Shown here piece after piece: positions 1 through 10,855 of a DNA stretch of 64,000 bases. The first letter of the stretch is position 1; every line of letters starts with the position of its first letter. Under the pieces are notes generated by a model. It did not search any database. It was not told where the DNA came from and worked only from the letters and a program-made list of their open reading frames with translations. The stretch comes from Candidatus Cloacimonadota bacterium (GTDB taxonomy: Bacteria; Cloacimonadota; Cloacimonadia; JGIOTU-2): NCBI GenBank assembly GCA_049903315.1, contig JBNGBT010000002.1, forward strand, positions 160,001 through 224,000. Reading direction: 5' to 3'. Made by a program: the position numbers and the translations under genes.

Positions 1-76
1 TCTTGTCGCTTATAGGAATTGGAAAAACAAGCATTCGGAGAATAAGCGCCGAAGAGTATAATCTCAAGCTTGTATC

Positions 77-616
77 GTGCATATTATATCAGGAACTTAT
101 AAAGGGCACAACATATCTGTTCCAAAGAGTGCTGTTCGCCCAACTATGGATAAGGTTCGGGAAGCGATATTTGCAATTATCCGAAGTGAAGTGGCATACG
201 CCAGAGTCCTTGATCTTTTTGCAGGGAGTGGCAGTCTTGGATTAGAAGCACTCAGCGAAGGCGCAGAACGATGCGATTTTGTGGAAAACTCATACCAGGT
301 TATTAAAATTCTACAAAAAAATATCACTGCTCTTACTCTTGAAAAAGTTTCCCAAATTCATAATTGTTCTGTTTTCAGCTATCTCAATCATTGTACTAAA
401 ATATACGACTTGATTCTCTTTGATCCTCCATATAAAAGAGAATTTGCATGCCAGATTATAAAAGCAATATATGAGAACAATATACTTTCTGATGAAGGAA
501 TCATTGTTGCAGAAACAGGTAAGAGCGAAGATATTTTAGAATTCGAGAAGTTTATTATAAAAGAAAAAATTTATGGCGACACAAAAGTGACAATATTAAA
601 GAAAGGAACAGTATGA
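77..616 (+). CDS. rsmD: 16S rRNA m2G966 methyltransferase RsmD
   Basis: VRPTMDKVREAIF, LDLFAGSGSLGLEALS and DPPY motifs; GTG start. Confidence 0.92.
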   Translation: MHIISGTYKGHNISVPKSAVRPTMDKVREAIFAIIRSEVAYARVLDLFAGSGSLGLEALSEGAERCDFVENSYQVIKILQKNITALTLEKVSQIHNCSVFSYLNHCTKIYDLILFDPPYKREFACQIIKAIYENNILSDEGIIVAETGKSEDILEFEKFIIKEKIYGDTKVTILKKGTV

Positions 617-2034
617 GTCTTACTCTGTATAATACATTAACTCGTAAAAAAGAAGAATTTAAATCCATCAGAAAAGACGATGTTGGGCTTTATACGTGTG
701 GACTTACTGTTTATAATTACGCACATATTGGGAATCTGCGCACCTATATTTTTGAGGATATTCTCAAGCGGGTGCTTTTGTATGATGGGTACAAAGTCAC
801 TCATGTGATGAACATTACTGATATTGGGCACCTCACATCCGATGCTGATACCGGTGAAGACAAGATGGTCAAGGAAGCAAAAAAAGAAGGGAAGACAGTG
901 TGGGAAATCGCTGAACATTATACAACTGCTTTTGAAAATGATCTTGCTCAGCTCAATATCCTTCCCCCGGATCATCATGTCAAAGCCACTGCGCATATTC
1001 AACAGATGATCGATCTTATTAAACGATTGGAAGAAAAGGGATTTACCTATATTGCAGATGGGAATGTGTATTTTGATATTTCAAAATTTCCCGAATATGG
1101 AAAATTGGGAAGAATAAATATGGAGAGTTTGAAGGCAGGGGCACGTATTGAGGTCGATTCTGCAAAAAAAAATCCCTTCGATTTTGTACTTTGGTTCACT
1201 AAATCAAAATTTGATGACCAAGAAATGAAATGGGACAGCCCATGGGGAAGAGGATATCCCGGCTGGCATGTCGAATGTTCTGCCATTTCCATGTGCTATC
1301 TCGGAGAAACATTTGATATTCATTGTGGCGGGATCGATCATATTCGCGTTCATCATACAAATGAGATTGCGCAAAGTGAAGCTGCAACAGGCAAAAAATG
1401 GGTTAACTATTGGCTTCATGCTGAATTTCTTATAATGAATGAAGAGAAGATGAGTAAGTCCAAAGGTGGTTTTCTCACTTTATCCAAACTTGAAGAAATG
1501 GGATACTCTCCAATGGTGTATAGATATTTTTGTCTTGGTGCACATTACAGGCAGCCATTAACTTTCAGTGATGAAGCGATTGAAACAGCAAAATCTGCGT
1601 ATAATCGTTTGATAAATATTTTTATTGATATTAAGAAAAATCGTGCGGAAAGCATACCTAATCTTGAATTTGTAAATAAGATGAAGCAACTTTTCAGTAA
1701 GAAAGTTAATAATGATCTGAATATGCCGGAAGCACTCGCAGTTTTGTGGCAGGTGCTTCGCACAGAGGAAATCGGTTATTTAGAGAAGTATGATCTTATA
1801 CTTGAATTTGATAGAATATTAGGCTTGAATTTGAATAAAGCAGAGCAAGTTCTTGAGGATGAAGCTCAGCTAAAAGTCGATGTCCAGCTTGTCGAACAGC
1901 TCATAAAGGAACGGGAGGATGCGAGAAAGAATAAAAATTGGGCAAAATCTGATGAAATCCGAGACAAATTGAGTGATATGGGGGTAGAGGTTCGTGATAG
2001 CTCAGGGGGTACATTCTGGCGTATCAAATCATAA
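613..2034 (+). CDS. cysS: Cysteine--tRNA ligase
   Basis: CGLTVY..HIGN, PGWHVECS, DIHCGG, HHTNE and KMSKS motifs; ATGA overlap with rsmD. Confidence 0.97.
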   Translation: MSLTLYNTLTRKKEEFKSIRKDDVGLYTCGLTVYNYAHIGNLRTYIFEDILKRVLLYDGYKVTHVMNITDIGHLTSDADTGEDKMVKEAKKEGKTVWEIAEHYTTAFENDLAQLNILPPDHHVKATAHIQQMIDLIKRLEEKGFTYIADGNVYFDISKFPEYGKLGRINMESLKAGARIEVDSAKKNPFDFVLWFTKSKFDDQEMKWDSPWGRGYPGWHVECSAISMCYLGETFDIHCGGIDHIRVHHTNEIAQSEAATGKKWVNYWLHAEFLIMNEEKMSKSKGGFLTLSKLEEMGYSPMVYRYFCLGAHYRQPLTFSDEAIETAKSAYNRLINIFIDIKKNRAESIPNLEFVNKMKQLFSKKVNNDLNMPEALAVLWQVLRTEEIGYLEKYDLILEFDRILGLNLNKAEQVLEDEAQLKVDVQLVEQLIKEREDARKNKNWAKSDEIRDKLSDMGVEVRDSSGGTFWRIKS

Positions 2035-2125
2035 TATAGATTTTCTGTTATATTATCCAAAATTCATGATATTTTCATATATGTAATAAATTCATATTTA
2101 AATAATATAAAAAAGCATAAAAAAT

Positions 2126-2131
2126 TTGACA
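2126..2131 (+). promoter_or_regulatory. Probable -35 hexamer of the tRNA-tuf operon promoter
   Basis: TTGACA preceded by an A-tract (UP-like), 70 nt before the first tRNA; -10 not clear. Confidence 0.55.
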
Positions 2132-2201
2132 GTATTTTTGCAATTTCGGCAATCTGTATTTTCTAAGTATAGAGTGGTATAAAAGTGTGAAAAATATAGT
2201 A

Positions 2202-2276
2202 GCCACCATAGCTCAGGGGTAGAGCAGGGGTTTTGTAAACCTCTGGTCGGGGGTTCAAATCCCTCTGGTGGCTCCA
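2202..2276 (+). tRNA. tRNA-Thr(UGU)
   Basis: Cloverleaf GCCACCA/TGGTGGC, anticodon loop TTTGTAA, GGTTCAAATC T-arm, encoded CCA. Confidence 0.95.
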
Positions 2277-2291
2277 GAATTTATTTTAAGT

Positions 2292-2376
2292 GGGGAGATA
2301 CCCTAGTGGTCAAAGGGAGCAGACTGTAAATCTGCCGGCGAAGCCTTCGGAGGTTCAAATCCTTCTCTCCCCACCA
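2292..2376 (+). tRNA. tRNA-Tyr(GUA)
   Basis: Anticodon arm GCAGA-CTGTAAA-TCTGC, long variable arm, encoded CCA. Confidence 0.96.
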
Positions 2377-2382
2377 TATATT

Positions 2383-2459
2383 GCGGGAATAGCTCAGCTG
2401 GCTAGAGCATTAGCCTTCCAAGCTAAGGGTCGCGGGTTCGAACCCCGTTTCCCGCTCCA
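2383..2459 (+). tRNA. tRNA-Gly(UCC)
   Basis: GCGGGAA/TTCCCGC acceptor, TTAGC-CTTCCAA-GCTAA anticodon arm, CCA. Confidence 0.96.
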
Positions 2460-2460
2460 T

Positions 2461-2536
2461 GCTCATGTAGCTCAGTCGGTAGAGCACATCCTTGGTAAGG
2501 ATGAGGTCACCGGTTCAATCCCGGTCATGAGCTCCA
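2461..2536 (+). tRNA. tRNA-Thr(GGU)
   Basis: GCTCATG/CATGAGC acceptor, CATCC-TTGGTAA-GGATG anticodon arm, CCA; classic Thr-Tyr-Gly-Thr-tuf order. Confidence 0.96.
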
Positions 2537-2563
2537 ATGAAATGTATAATAACAGGAGGATAC

Positions 2564-3754
2564 ATGGCAAAGGAAACTTATAAGAGAACAAAACCGCATG
2601 TTAATGTTGGTACTATCGGTCATATCGACCATGGTAAGACCACATTAACCGCTGCAATGACACTTGTTCTTTCAAAAAAGGGGCAGGCAAATTATGTCTC
2701 TTTCGATCAAATCGATAATGCCCCGGAAGAAAAAGAACGTGGTATCACTATTGCAACTGCTCATGTTGAGTATGAGAGTGCAAATCGACACTACGCACAC
2801 GTAGACTGTCCAGGTCATGCTGACTATATCAAGAACATGATCACCGGTGCAGCCCAAATGGATGGCACGATCTTGGTCGTGAGTGCTGCTGATGGTGTTA
2901 TGCCTCAGACAAGAGAACATATTCTTCTTGCAAAGCAAGTGAATGTTCCTTACGTTGTGGTATTCTTGAACAAGACAGATATGGTTGATGATCCTGAACT
3001 CATTGAATTAGTAGAACTTGAAGTTCGTGATCTTCTCAATGATTATGATTTCCCCGGAGACGAAGTCCCGATCGTTCAGGGCAGTGCTCTTGAAGCATTG
3101 AATAACCCTGATGATGCTGAAAAAACAAAATGTATTCATGAACTGATCGATGCGATCGATGATTACATTCCTCTTCCAGAAAGAAAGACAGATCAACCTT
3201 TCTTGATGCCTATTGAAGACATTTTCAGTATTCCCGGACGTGGAACAGTTTCTACAGGAAGAATCGAACGTGGTGTTGTCAAAGTTGGAGACAAAGTTGA
3301 ACGTGTAGGAATCAGAGAAACCCGTGAAATCGTTGTGACCGGTGTCGAAATGTTCAGAAAACTTCTGGATCGTGGAGAAGCTGGTGATAACGTTGGTGTG
3401 TTACTCCGTGGTATTGCAAAAGACGATGTTGAACGCGGCATGGTCCTTGCCAAGCCAGGTAGTATTACCCCTCACAAGAAATTCAAAGGCGAAACCTATA
3501 TTCTTACAAAAGATGAAGGTGGAAGACACAAACCTTTCTTCTCTGGTTACAGACCTCAATTCTATTTCAGAACTACTGACGTGACTGGTACATTATCACT
3601 TCCTGAAGGAACAGATATGGTAATGCCAGGCGATAGAGTGATCATGGAAATTGATCTTCTTACACCTATTGCTATGGAAAAAGGTCTTCGTTTCGCTATT
3701 CGTGAAGGTGGACGTACAGTCGGTGCTGGAGTTGTCACAGAGATAATCGAATAA
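2564..3754 (+). CDS. tuf: Elongation factor Tu
   Basis: [21 protein letters not shown]; start moved to ATG 2564 after AGGAGG. Confidence 0.99.
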   Translation: MAKETYKRTKPHVNVGTIGHIDHGKTTLTAAMTLVLSKKGQANYVSFDQIDNAPEEKERGITIATAHVEYESANRHYAHVDCPGHADYIKNMITGAAQMDGTILVVSAADGVMPQTREHILLAKQVNVPYVVVFLNKTDMVDDPELIELVELEVRDLLNDYDFPGDEVPIVQGSALEALNNPDDAEKTKCIHELIDAIDDYIPLPERKTDQPFLMPIEDIFSIPGRGTVSTGRIERGVVKVGDKVERVGIRETREIVVTGVEMFRKLLDRGEAGDNVGVLLRGIAKDDVERGMVLAKPGSITPHKKFKGETYILTKDEGGRHKPFFSGYRPQFYFRTTDVTGTLSLPEGTDMVMPGDRVIMEIDLLTPIAMEKGLRFAIREGGRTVGAGVVTEIIE

Positions 3755-3763
3755 GGACAATAA

Positions 3764-3913
3764 ATGAGAATCTATATTAAGCTTGCCTGTTCTGAGTGTA
3801 AATCGCGCAATTATACGACCACAAAGAACAAACAGACTCATCCTAATAAGCTGGAGTCAAAAAAGTATTGTCCGAAATGTAGAAAGCATACACTTCACAA
3901 AGAAACTAAATAA
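3764..3913 (+). CDS. rpmG: 50S ribosomal protein L33 (Zn-binding type)
   Basis: Translated by hand: [23 protein letters not shown]...[17 protein letters not shown] (49 aa; not in the ORF track). Confidence 0.96.
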   Translation: MRIYIKLACSECKSRNYTTTKNKQTHPNKLESKKYCPKCRKHTLHKETK

Positions 3914-3923
3914 TTCAATGTGT

Positions 3924-3999
3924 AGGGCTGTAGCTTAATTGGCAAAGCGGCGGTCTCCAAAACCGAAGAGTGCGGGTTCAATTCCTGCCAGCCCTGCCA
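3924..3999 (+). tRNA. tRNA-Trp(CCA)
   Basis: AGGGCTG/CAGCCCT acceptor, CGGT-CTCCAAA-ACCG anticodon arm, CCA; conserved rpmG-trnW-secE position. Confidence 0.95.
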
Positions 4000-4020
4000 T
4001 TATTTTCTGGATAGAAATTT

Positions 4021-4209
4021 ATGTTTAAAAAAATAGCAAAGTTCTTAAAAGAAGTTCGCCAGGAACTACGTAACGTTGTTTGGCCAACAAAAGCAGACCT
4101 CAAAGAAGGTACTACTGTGGTAATTGCTTTCTCTGTACTCCTGGGTATCTTTATTTGGATCATTGATAATATTTTCACGCAAGTAGTGAATCTGGTGTTG
4201 TTTAGATAA
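4021..4209 (+). CDS. secE: Preprotein translocase subunit SecE
   Basis: FLKEVRQELRNVVWP plus one TM helix; synteny. Confidence 0.95.
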   Translation: MFKKIAKFLKEVRQELRNVVWPTKADLKEGTTVVIAFSVLLGIFIWIIDNIFTQVVNLVLFR

Positions 4210-4739
4210 TGGAAAAAAAATGGTATGTGCTCCACACGTATGTGGGCAAAGAGAAAAAAGTCAAAGAAGCGATCGAGAAGTTTCTTGAAGATAGTGATCT
4301 TAAAGAGTACTTTGGCGAGATCATCATACCTTCTCATAAGACCTTTGTTATCAGAGATGGCAAAAAGGTTGTGAAAGAGAAGAAGATCTTTCCAAATTAT
4401 ATTCTGATGGAAATGAACATGACTCCTGAAACCTATCAGTTCGTACTTCGACTTCCTGCCACAACAAAATTTTTGGGTGGCAATAAAACCCCTAAACCAT
4501 TATCTGAAAAAGAAGTAAACAGAATTCTTGGAGTGAAGCGAGATAAAGACTCTGTGTCCAGCGGAATGAAATACATTGTCGGTGACCGTATAAAGATCAT
4601 AGACGGACCCTTTGATGATTTTGAGGGTGGAATAGAGAGAATTATCGAAGACAAAGAAAAACTTGTTGTGAATGTGACCGTTTTTGGTCGTATCACACCG
4701 GTCGAGGTCGGTTTCAGTCAAGTAGAAAAGCTCGATTAA
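4209..4739 (+). CDS. nusG: Transcription factor NusG
   Basis: [32 protein letters not shown]. Confidence 0.97.
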   Translation: MEKKWYVLHTYVGKEKKVKEAIEKFLEDSDLKEYFGEIIIPSHKTFVIRDGKKVVKEKKIFPNYILMEMNMTPETYQFVLRLPATTKFLGGNKTPKPLSEKEVNRILGVKRDKDSVSSGMKYIVGDRIKIIDGPFDDFEGGIERIIEDKEKLVVNVTVFGRITPVEVGFSQVEKLD

Positions 4740-4753
4740 AGGTTAGTAATATA

Positions 4754-5188
4754 ATGGCAAAAAAAGTTTTAGCAAAAATTAAGATACAATTGGCTGCAGG
4801 TCAGGCAACTCCTGCTCCTCCGGTTGGTCCAGCTTTGGGTCAGCATGGTGTGAATATTGGTGAGTTCTGCAAGCAGTTCAATGATAAGACAAAAGATCAA
4901 CCGGGAATGATCATTCCTGCAGTGATCACTGTCTGGGCAGATAGAACATTCAGTTTTATTACAAAAACACCTCCTGCAGCAGTTTTGATAAAAAAAGAAG
5001 CTGGTTTAGCAAAAGGTTCTGGTGTACCCAATAGAGAAAAGATCGGCTCAATCACAGAAGAGCAGATCGAAAAGATCGCAAAGATCAAAATGGAAGATTT
5101 GAATGCTGCAGACATCGAAGCTGCAAAAAAAATGGTCGCTGGAACTGCTCGTAGCATGGGTATCACCATTCAGCATAAAGTGAAATAG
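4754..5188 (+). CDS. rplK: 50S ribosomal protein L11
   Basis: [18 protein letters not shown]. Confidence 0.99.
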   Translation: MAKKVLAKIKIQLAAGQATPAPPVGPALGQHGVNIGEFCKQFNDKTKDQPGMIIPAVITVWADRTFSFITKTPPAAVLIKKEAGLAKGSGVPNREKIGSITEEQIEKIAKIKMEDLNAADIEAAKKMVAGTARSMGITIQHKVK

Positions 5189-5201
5189 AGGAGCATACTT
5201 C

Positions 5202-5909
5202 ATGAAAAGAGGTAAGAAATATAATCAGGGTCTAGAGAAGATTGAAGCTGATAAAGCCTACGGGCTTGCTGAATCTCTGAATCTACTGAAAGAAATTGCG
5301 AATAAAGATTTCGATGAAACCGTTGAGGTTCACGTTCGCTTAGGTGTAGATCCTAAAAAGGCAAACCAGATGGTTCGTGGTACAGTTGTGCTTCCTCATG
5401 GAACCGGTAAAGATGTAAAAGTGCTTGTCTTTGCAGAAGGTGATAAAGTTGAAGAAGCAAAGAATGCCGGCGCAGACTATGTCGGTATGGATGATCTCGC
5501 AGAAAAGATACAGGGAGGTTGGACTGATTTTGATGTTGCAATCGCAACTCCTAATATGATGGGTAAGGTTGGTAAGCTGGCTCGTATCCTTGGACCCAGA
5601 AAATTGATGCCCAATCCAAAAACCGGCACAATTACCACTGATCTTGAAAAAGCAGTCAAAGAAGCAAAAGCAGGGAAGGTTGAGTATCGTATTGACAAAT
5701 TTGCAAATATTCATGTTCCTATTGGAAAAGTCTCATTTGAAAATGAAAAATTGTCAGAGAATTCAAACGTATTAATGCGTGCGATACTTCGTGATAGACC
5801 TGCATCATCTAAGGGTCGATATGTAAGAAACGTTACCCTGTGCTCAACTATGAGCCCCGGCATTAAAATAGATTCAGTCGGTTACATCAAAGAAATTCAA
5901 GCGAAATAA
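5202..5909 (+). CDS. rplA: 50S ribosomal protein L1
   Basis: [28 protein letters not shown]. Confidence 0.99.
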   Translation: MKRGKKYNQGLEKIEADKAYGLAESLNLLKEIANKDFDETVEVHVRLGVDPKKANQMVRGTVVLPHGTGKDVKVLVFAEGDKVEEAKNAGADYVGMDDLAEKIQGGWTDFDVAIATPNMMGKVGKLARILGPRKLMPNPKTGTITTDLEKAVKEAKAGKVEYRIDKFANIHVPIGKVSFENEKLSENSNVLMRAILRDRPASSKGRYVRNVTLCSTMSPGIKIDSVGYIKEIQAK

Positions 5910-5921
5910 ATAGGAAATTAT

Positions 5922-6464
5922 ATGGAACAGAAAGCTGTAAATCCAAAAAACATTGAAAATGTTCATCAGTTAAAAGAACGTTTGGATGAAGCAAAAGCCA
6001 TAGTGCTTGTTGATTATAAAGGAATATCTGTTCAGGAAGATACAGATCTGAGATGCAAATTTAGAGATAATAAGGTTGATTACTTTGTTGCAAAAAATAC
6101 ACTGTTGAAATTAGCTGCAAAAGACTTATCCATAGAAGGTCTTGATGAATATCTTGTTGGTCCTACTGCTGTAGCAGTATCAAAGGAAGATGAAATCATT
6201 CCTTCGAAATTAATTTCGGATTTTATGAAGAGTCTTCCTGACGAAAAAGATTTTTTCAAATTTAAAGTCGGGATAATTGATAACCAGTTAATGAATGTTC
6301 AGGCACTTGAAAAAATAGTGAACCTACCTTCTAAACAGGAATTACTTGCGAAAGTGGTCGGAAGTCTCAATTCACCTATCTTTGGATTAGTATATACACT
6401 AAACAGTATTTTGCAGAAGTTGGTTCTTGTACTCAATGAGATCAAGAATAAACAGCAATCATAA
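5922..6464 (+). CDS. rplJ: 50S ribosomal protein L10
   Basis: VDYKG, VAKNTL, LPSKQELLA; synteny. Confidence 0.96.
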   Translation: MEQKAVNPKNIENVHQLKERLDEAKAIVLVDYKGISVQEDTDLRCKFRDNKVDYFVAKNTLLKLAAKDLSIEGLDEYLVGPTAVAVSKEDEIIPSKLISDFMKSLPDEKDFFKFKVGIIDNQLMNVQALEKIVNLPSKQELLAKVVGSLNSPIFGLVYTLNSILQKLVLVLNEIKNKQQS

Positions 6465-6535
6465 ACGTATTTAACTGCATTTTGAAATAATTATAATAAA
6501 ATAAATGATAGTATGCTTAATTATAGGAGGATATA

Positions 6536-6922
6536 ATGGCAGAAGGCAGCAAAAAAGATAAGATCATTGAGCTTGTAAAAGAACTCAATGTAATGGAATT
6601 AGCAGAATTAGTAAAAGCGTTAGAAGAAGAATTTGGTGTGTCAGCTGCTGCACCAGTCGCCGCGGTTGCTGGTCCTGTTGCAGGCGAAGCCGCAAAAGAA
6701 GAAGAAGAGCAAACAGAGTTTGACGTGATCTTAACAAATTCCGGAGCAAAGAAGATCCAGGTTATTAAGGTTGTCCGTCAGATTACAAAATTAGGATTGA
6801 AAGAATCCAAAGCCCTCGTAGATGAAGCACCAAAACCAGTAGCAGAAGGTGTTTCAAAAGATGAAGCGCAGTCAATTAAAGAGAAGATCGAAGCTGAAGG
6901 TGGCTCTGTAGAGATTAAGTAA
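6536..6922 (+). CDS. rplL: 50S ribosomal protein L7/L12
   Basis: [34 protein letters not shown]. Confidence 0.98.
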   Translation: MAEGSKKDKIIELVKELNVMELAELVKALEEEFGVSAAAPVAAVAGPVAGEAAKEEEEQTEFDVILTNSGAKKIQVIKVVRQITKLGLKESKALVDEAPKPVAEGVSKDEAQSIKEKIEAEGGSVEIK

Positions 6923-6963
6923 ATAATGACGTGTTCAATAACACATTTCATTCAAACACTAAT

Positions 6964-6997
6964 AGACTCTTCATTCATACGAATGAAGATGTCTTTT
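6964..6997 (+). terminator. rplL-rpoB intergenic terminator/attenuator hairpin
   Basis: AGACTCTTCATTC-ATAC-GAATGAAGATGTCT then TTT; same position as the E. coli rplL-rpoB attenuator. Confidence 0.6.
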
Positions 6998-7013
6998 GCT
7001 AAATAAGGAGCAC

Positions 7014-10000
7014 ATGAAGGAAAGAAATAGCTTTTCCAAAATGGCTGAACATCTTCATGGATTTGAACTGCCTGAAGTAGAGATCCCCAATCTGCTCACA
7101 ATGCAGAAAGGGTCATATGCAAAATTTCTGCAAAAGGACGTTCTTCCTGAAAAGAGAGAAGATAAAGGCTTGCAGGAAGTATTTAATAATCACTTCCCTG
7201 TAGAGGATACGCAAGGTCAATTCTTGCTAGAGTTCGTTCAATATACTGTTCTTAAGGAGAAATATACTCCTGACGAATGTATTGAACGAAATCTTACCTA
7301 TAGTTCTCCATTGAAAGTTAAATTCCGTTTAACAACCTTTGAGAAAACTGTTGAAGGTGAGCAGCAAAGAATTAAAAGCGTAAAAGAAAAAGACCTTTTT
7401 CTCGGTGAGATTCCAATGATTACCGATAGGGGAACCTTCATCATCAATGGTGAGGAGCGTGTGATAATTAGTCAGCTCCACCGCTCGCCGGGTGTCACTT
7501 TTACCAGTGAAACTCATGGAAGCGGCAAAGTTCTCTACAATGCAAAGGTCATTCCTGTTCAGGGTTCATGGTTCCAATTTCTTACAGACACTCAAGATGT
7601 CATCTATGTTCTTATAGATAAACGCCACAAAGTACCTGTGACAACAATTCTGCGCTGTCAAGGGCTGTCCGATAATAATTCGATAAGGAAAACGTTTTAC
7701 ACTCCTCAAGAAATCGACCTTACAAAAGATGAATTTATTGAAAGAGTACTTTTTGAAGATATTATCGATAAAAAGAGTGGCGAAGTAATTGCAGAAGGCG
7801 GTGCACTTCTTACAGAAGGTCTTGTTGATAAGATATTAAAAGTTAAGTTCAAAAAAGTACAGGTTATCCACGAAAGCCAGGACGATGAGAGAAGAATCGT
7901 GGAAAGCACGCTTGCAAAAGACCCGACAGCATCTGAAGAAGAAGCACTCAAATTCATCTATAATATTATTCGTCCCGGAGAAGAACCTCCGATTGATACT
8001 GCGCGGGAACTTATCGAAAGAATATTCTTCAACCCTAAGAGATATAGTCTCGGCGAGGTTGGAAGGTATAAACTAAACAGACGGCTTCATCTCGAAATTC
8101 CAATTGAAACACAAATACTAACGAAAGATGATTTCATTGCAATTATTAATGAAATGGTCCGTTTATACAAAGGGATCAGTACGACAGATGATATTGATCA
8201 CCTCAGTAATAGACGCGTTAGTGGTGTAGGTGAACTTGTCGCCAACCAATTTTCAATTGGGCTTTCAAGAGTAGCAAGAATTGCACGTGAAAGAATGACC
8301 CTCAGTTCCAGTGATGATGCATCAGTACTTGGTTTAGTAAATACTAATGCCTTGATGGCAGTGGTGAATTCCTTCTTTCTTACTGGCGAACTATCTCAAT
8401 TTATGGAACAAACAAATCCTCTTGCAGCTATCACTCACATGCGACGTTTGAGTGCTTTAGGTCCAGGTGGATTAACCAGAGAGCGAGCGGGTTTTGAAGT
8501 GCGAGATGTGCACTATTCACATTATGGAAGGATCTGCCCAATCGAAACTCCAGAAGGACCGAATATTGGTCTTTTAACTTCACCGGCTATTTATGCACGA
8601 GTGAATCAGTTTGGTTTTTTAGAGACTCCTTATATCAAGGTTGATAACGGCAGAGTTACTCATCAAGTCGATTATCTCGATCCTACACAGGAAGAGAATA
8701 TGAAAATCGCACAAGCAGGCATTGAAGTTGATAAAAATGGAAACATTATCAAAGAGCGTGTATTCTGCCTTTCTGGTGGTGACTTTGTTCTCGTTCCAAA
8801 AGAAGAAGTTGATTATATCGACTCTTCCAGACAGCAGATCGTAAGTGTTTCTGCCGGTCTTGTACCTTTCCTCGATCACGATGATGCAAATAGAGCATTG
8901 ATGGGATCCAACATGCAGCGGCAAGCGGTACCTCTTATAAAACCAAGACCACCAATTGTCGCCACCGGAATTGAGAAATTAGTTGCTCAGGATTCTGAAC
9001 TTGCAATAAAAGCTCCATTCAATGGGGAAGTTGAAAAGGTTTCTTCAGATGAGATCGTGCTGAAAAGAATATTTGAAGATGGTGAGAAAGAATCGATTTC
9101 TGCTTTGGAAGATAAAAGAGTTTTTAAACTGAAAAAATTCCAGCGAACTAACCAGGAAACCTGTATTAATCAGCATCCTGAAGTTATCGTCGGACAGAAA
9201 ATCAAAAAAGGTGAATTGATCACTGATGGTCCTGCTATCAAAGATGGCGAACTTGCCCTTGGTACGAATATGCTTGTTGCATTTATGCCATGGTACGGAT
9301 ACAACTATGAAGATGCGATCATCATCAGTGAAAAAGTTGCCCGTGAAGATGAGCTGACCTCGATTTATATTGAAGAGCTCGAGGTGCTCGTACGCAGCAC
9401 CCGCGAAGGTGATGAAGAACTCACTGACGATATTCCCAATGTGCCAAAATTCGCATTAAGAAATCTTGATGCTACAGGTGTGGTCCGCGTTGGCTCTCAT
9501 GTTAAATCTGGCGACATATTAGTTGGAAAGATAACTCCGAAATCATCAAATGTGGATCTGTCGCCTGAAGAAAAGTTGATGCGTGCTTTATTTGGAGAAC
9601 GTGCGGGTGATTTTTCTGATACATCATTAAAGGCAAAACCTGGTATGGAAGGTGTGGTTGTTGATGTAAAAGTTTTCTCAAAAGCTGAAAGCGACGAATT
9701 CTCAGAACAAGAAAAAGAAGAAAAACTTTCAAAGCTGAAAGCGAAATTTGATGCGGAAAATAAGAAAATATTTAAATTCCTCAAAACTAAGTTGACAGAC
9801 TTATTGCTTGGTGAAACTGCATATAGAATCACTGAAGAGAAAACAGGACGTTTCTTTATCCCACCCAATAAAAAAATTACTGATGAAGAATTGAAAAAAA
9901 TCTCATTTAGAAAATTGAATCTTGAAAATAAACTTACTGAAGATGAGAAAAAAAATGAGCAGATCTACGAAGATATAATTGTCGATGTAAAAAATGCTCT

Positions 10001-10832
10001 TGATGAAAATGATAATAATTATAAGAAACTCAAAGACCGTGTTAAATATGGAGATGAACTTCCTTCTGGTGTATTGAAAATGGTGAAGATCTTCATCGCT
10101 AAAAAACGACAGGTTGAAGTCGGCGACAAAATGGCAGGACGTCATGGTAATAAAGGCGTAATCGCAAAGATCGCTCCTATTCAAGATATGCCTTTTATCG
10201 AAGACGGAACTCCTGTTGATATTATTCTTAATCCACTCGGTGTGCCTTCTCGTATGAATATTGGACAAATTCTAGAAACTCACCTTGGTTGGGCTGCCAG
10301 AGCTCTAGGATACGAAGTAGAAACTCCGGTTTTTGACAGCGCAACGATCCAGGAAATCACAGATGAACTCAAAAAAGCAGATTTAACTGAAGATGGGAAA
10401 GTTGTACTTTATGATGGAAAGACTGGTGAAGCAATGCACGAACGCGTCACAGTTGGTGTGATATATATGATGAAATTGAACCACCTTGTTGTTGATAAAA
10501 TGCATGCTCGTTCAACTGGACCTTATTCACTTGTCACTCAGCAGCCTCTCGGAGGTAAAGCACAACATGGCGGACAGCGACTCGGTGAAATGGAAGTCTG
10601 GGCTTTAGAAGCTTATGGCGCATCTCGCCTTCTTCAGGAAATGCTCACAGTAAAATCTGATGATGTTGATGGTAGAAATCAAACATATGAAGCGATCACA
10701 AAAGGTAAGGAATTACCAGCTCCTGGTATTCCTGAATCATTTAATGTTCTTGCAAGCGAGCTAAAGAGTCTTTGTTTGGATTTCGATCTGCTTTCAGACA
10801 AATCTGAAAGCTCAACCGTGAATAATAAGTAA
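7014..10832 (+). CDS. rpoB: RNA polymerase beta subunit
   Basis: GDKMAGRHGNKG, RALMGSNMQRQA, GGQRLGEMEVWA; start placed at ATG 7014 after AAGGAG. Confidence 0.99.
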   Translation: MKERNSFSKMAEHLHGFELPEVEIPNLLTMQKGSYAKFLQKDVLPEKREDKGLQEVFNNHFPVEDTQGQFLLEFVQYTVLKEKYTPDECIERNLTYSSPLKVKFRLTTFEKTVEGEQQRIKSVKEKDLFLGEIPMITDRGTFIINGEERVIISQLHRSPGVTFTSETHGSGKVLYNAKVIPVQGSWFQFLTDTQDVIYVLIDKRHKVPVTTILRCQGLSDNNSIRKTFYTPQEIDLTKDEFIERVLFEDIIDKKSGEVIAEGGALLTEGLVDKILKVKFKKVQVIHESQDDERRIVESTLAKDPTASEEEALKFIYNIIRPGEEPPIDTARELIERIFFNPKRYSLGEVGRYKLNRRLHLEIPIETQILTKDDFIAIINEMVRLYKGISTTDDIDHLSNRRVSGVGELVANQFSIGLSRVARIARERMTLSSSDDASVLGLVNTNALMAVVNSFFLTGELSQFMEQTNPLAAITHMRRLSALGPGGLTRERAGFEVRDVHYSHYGRICPIETPEGPNIGLLTSPAIYARVNQFGFLETPYIKVDNGRVTHQVDYLDPTQEENMKIAQAGIEVDKNGNIIKERVFCLSGGDFVLVPKEEVDYIDSSRQQIVSVSAGLVPFLDHDDANRALMGSNMQRQAVPLIKPRPPIVATGIEKLVAQDSELAIKAPFNGEVEKVSSDEIVLKRIFEDGEKESISALEDKRVFKLKKFQRTNQETCINQHPEVIVGQKIKKGELITDGPAIKDGELALGTNMLVAFMPWYGYNYEDAIIISEKVAREDELTSIYIEELEVLVRSTREGDEELTDDIPNVPKFALRNLDATGVVRVGSHVKSGDILVGKITPKSSNVDLSPEEKLMRALFGERAGDFSDTSLKAKPGMEGVVVDVKVFSKAESDEFSEQEKEEKLSKLKAKFDAENKKIFKFLKTKLTDLLLGETAYRITEEKTGRFFIPPNKKITDEELKKISFRKLNLENKLTEDEKKNEQIYEDIIVDVKNALDENDNNYKKLKDRVKYGDELPSGVLKMVKIFIAKKRQVEVGDKMAGRHGNKGVIAKIAPIQDMPFIEDGTPVDIILNPLGVPSRMNIGQILETHLGWAARALGYEVETPVFDSATIQEITDELKKADLTEDGKVVLYDGKTGEAMHERVTVGVIYMMKLNHLVVDKMHARSTGPYSLVTQQPLGGKAQHGGQRLGEMEVWALEAYGASRLLQEMLTVKSDDVDGRNQTYEAITKGKELPAPGIPESFNVLASELKSLCLDFDLLSDKSESSTVNNK

Positions 10833-10855
10833 CACCCCAAACATGAGGGTCATAC

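Noticed and set aside
1..61. Possible 3' end of an upstream CDS (LVAYRNWKNKHSENKRRRV*)
   Set aside because: Too short to identify or confirm.
2290..2583. 97-aa ORF upstream of tuf
   Set aside because: It runs across three tRNA genes.
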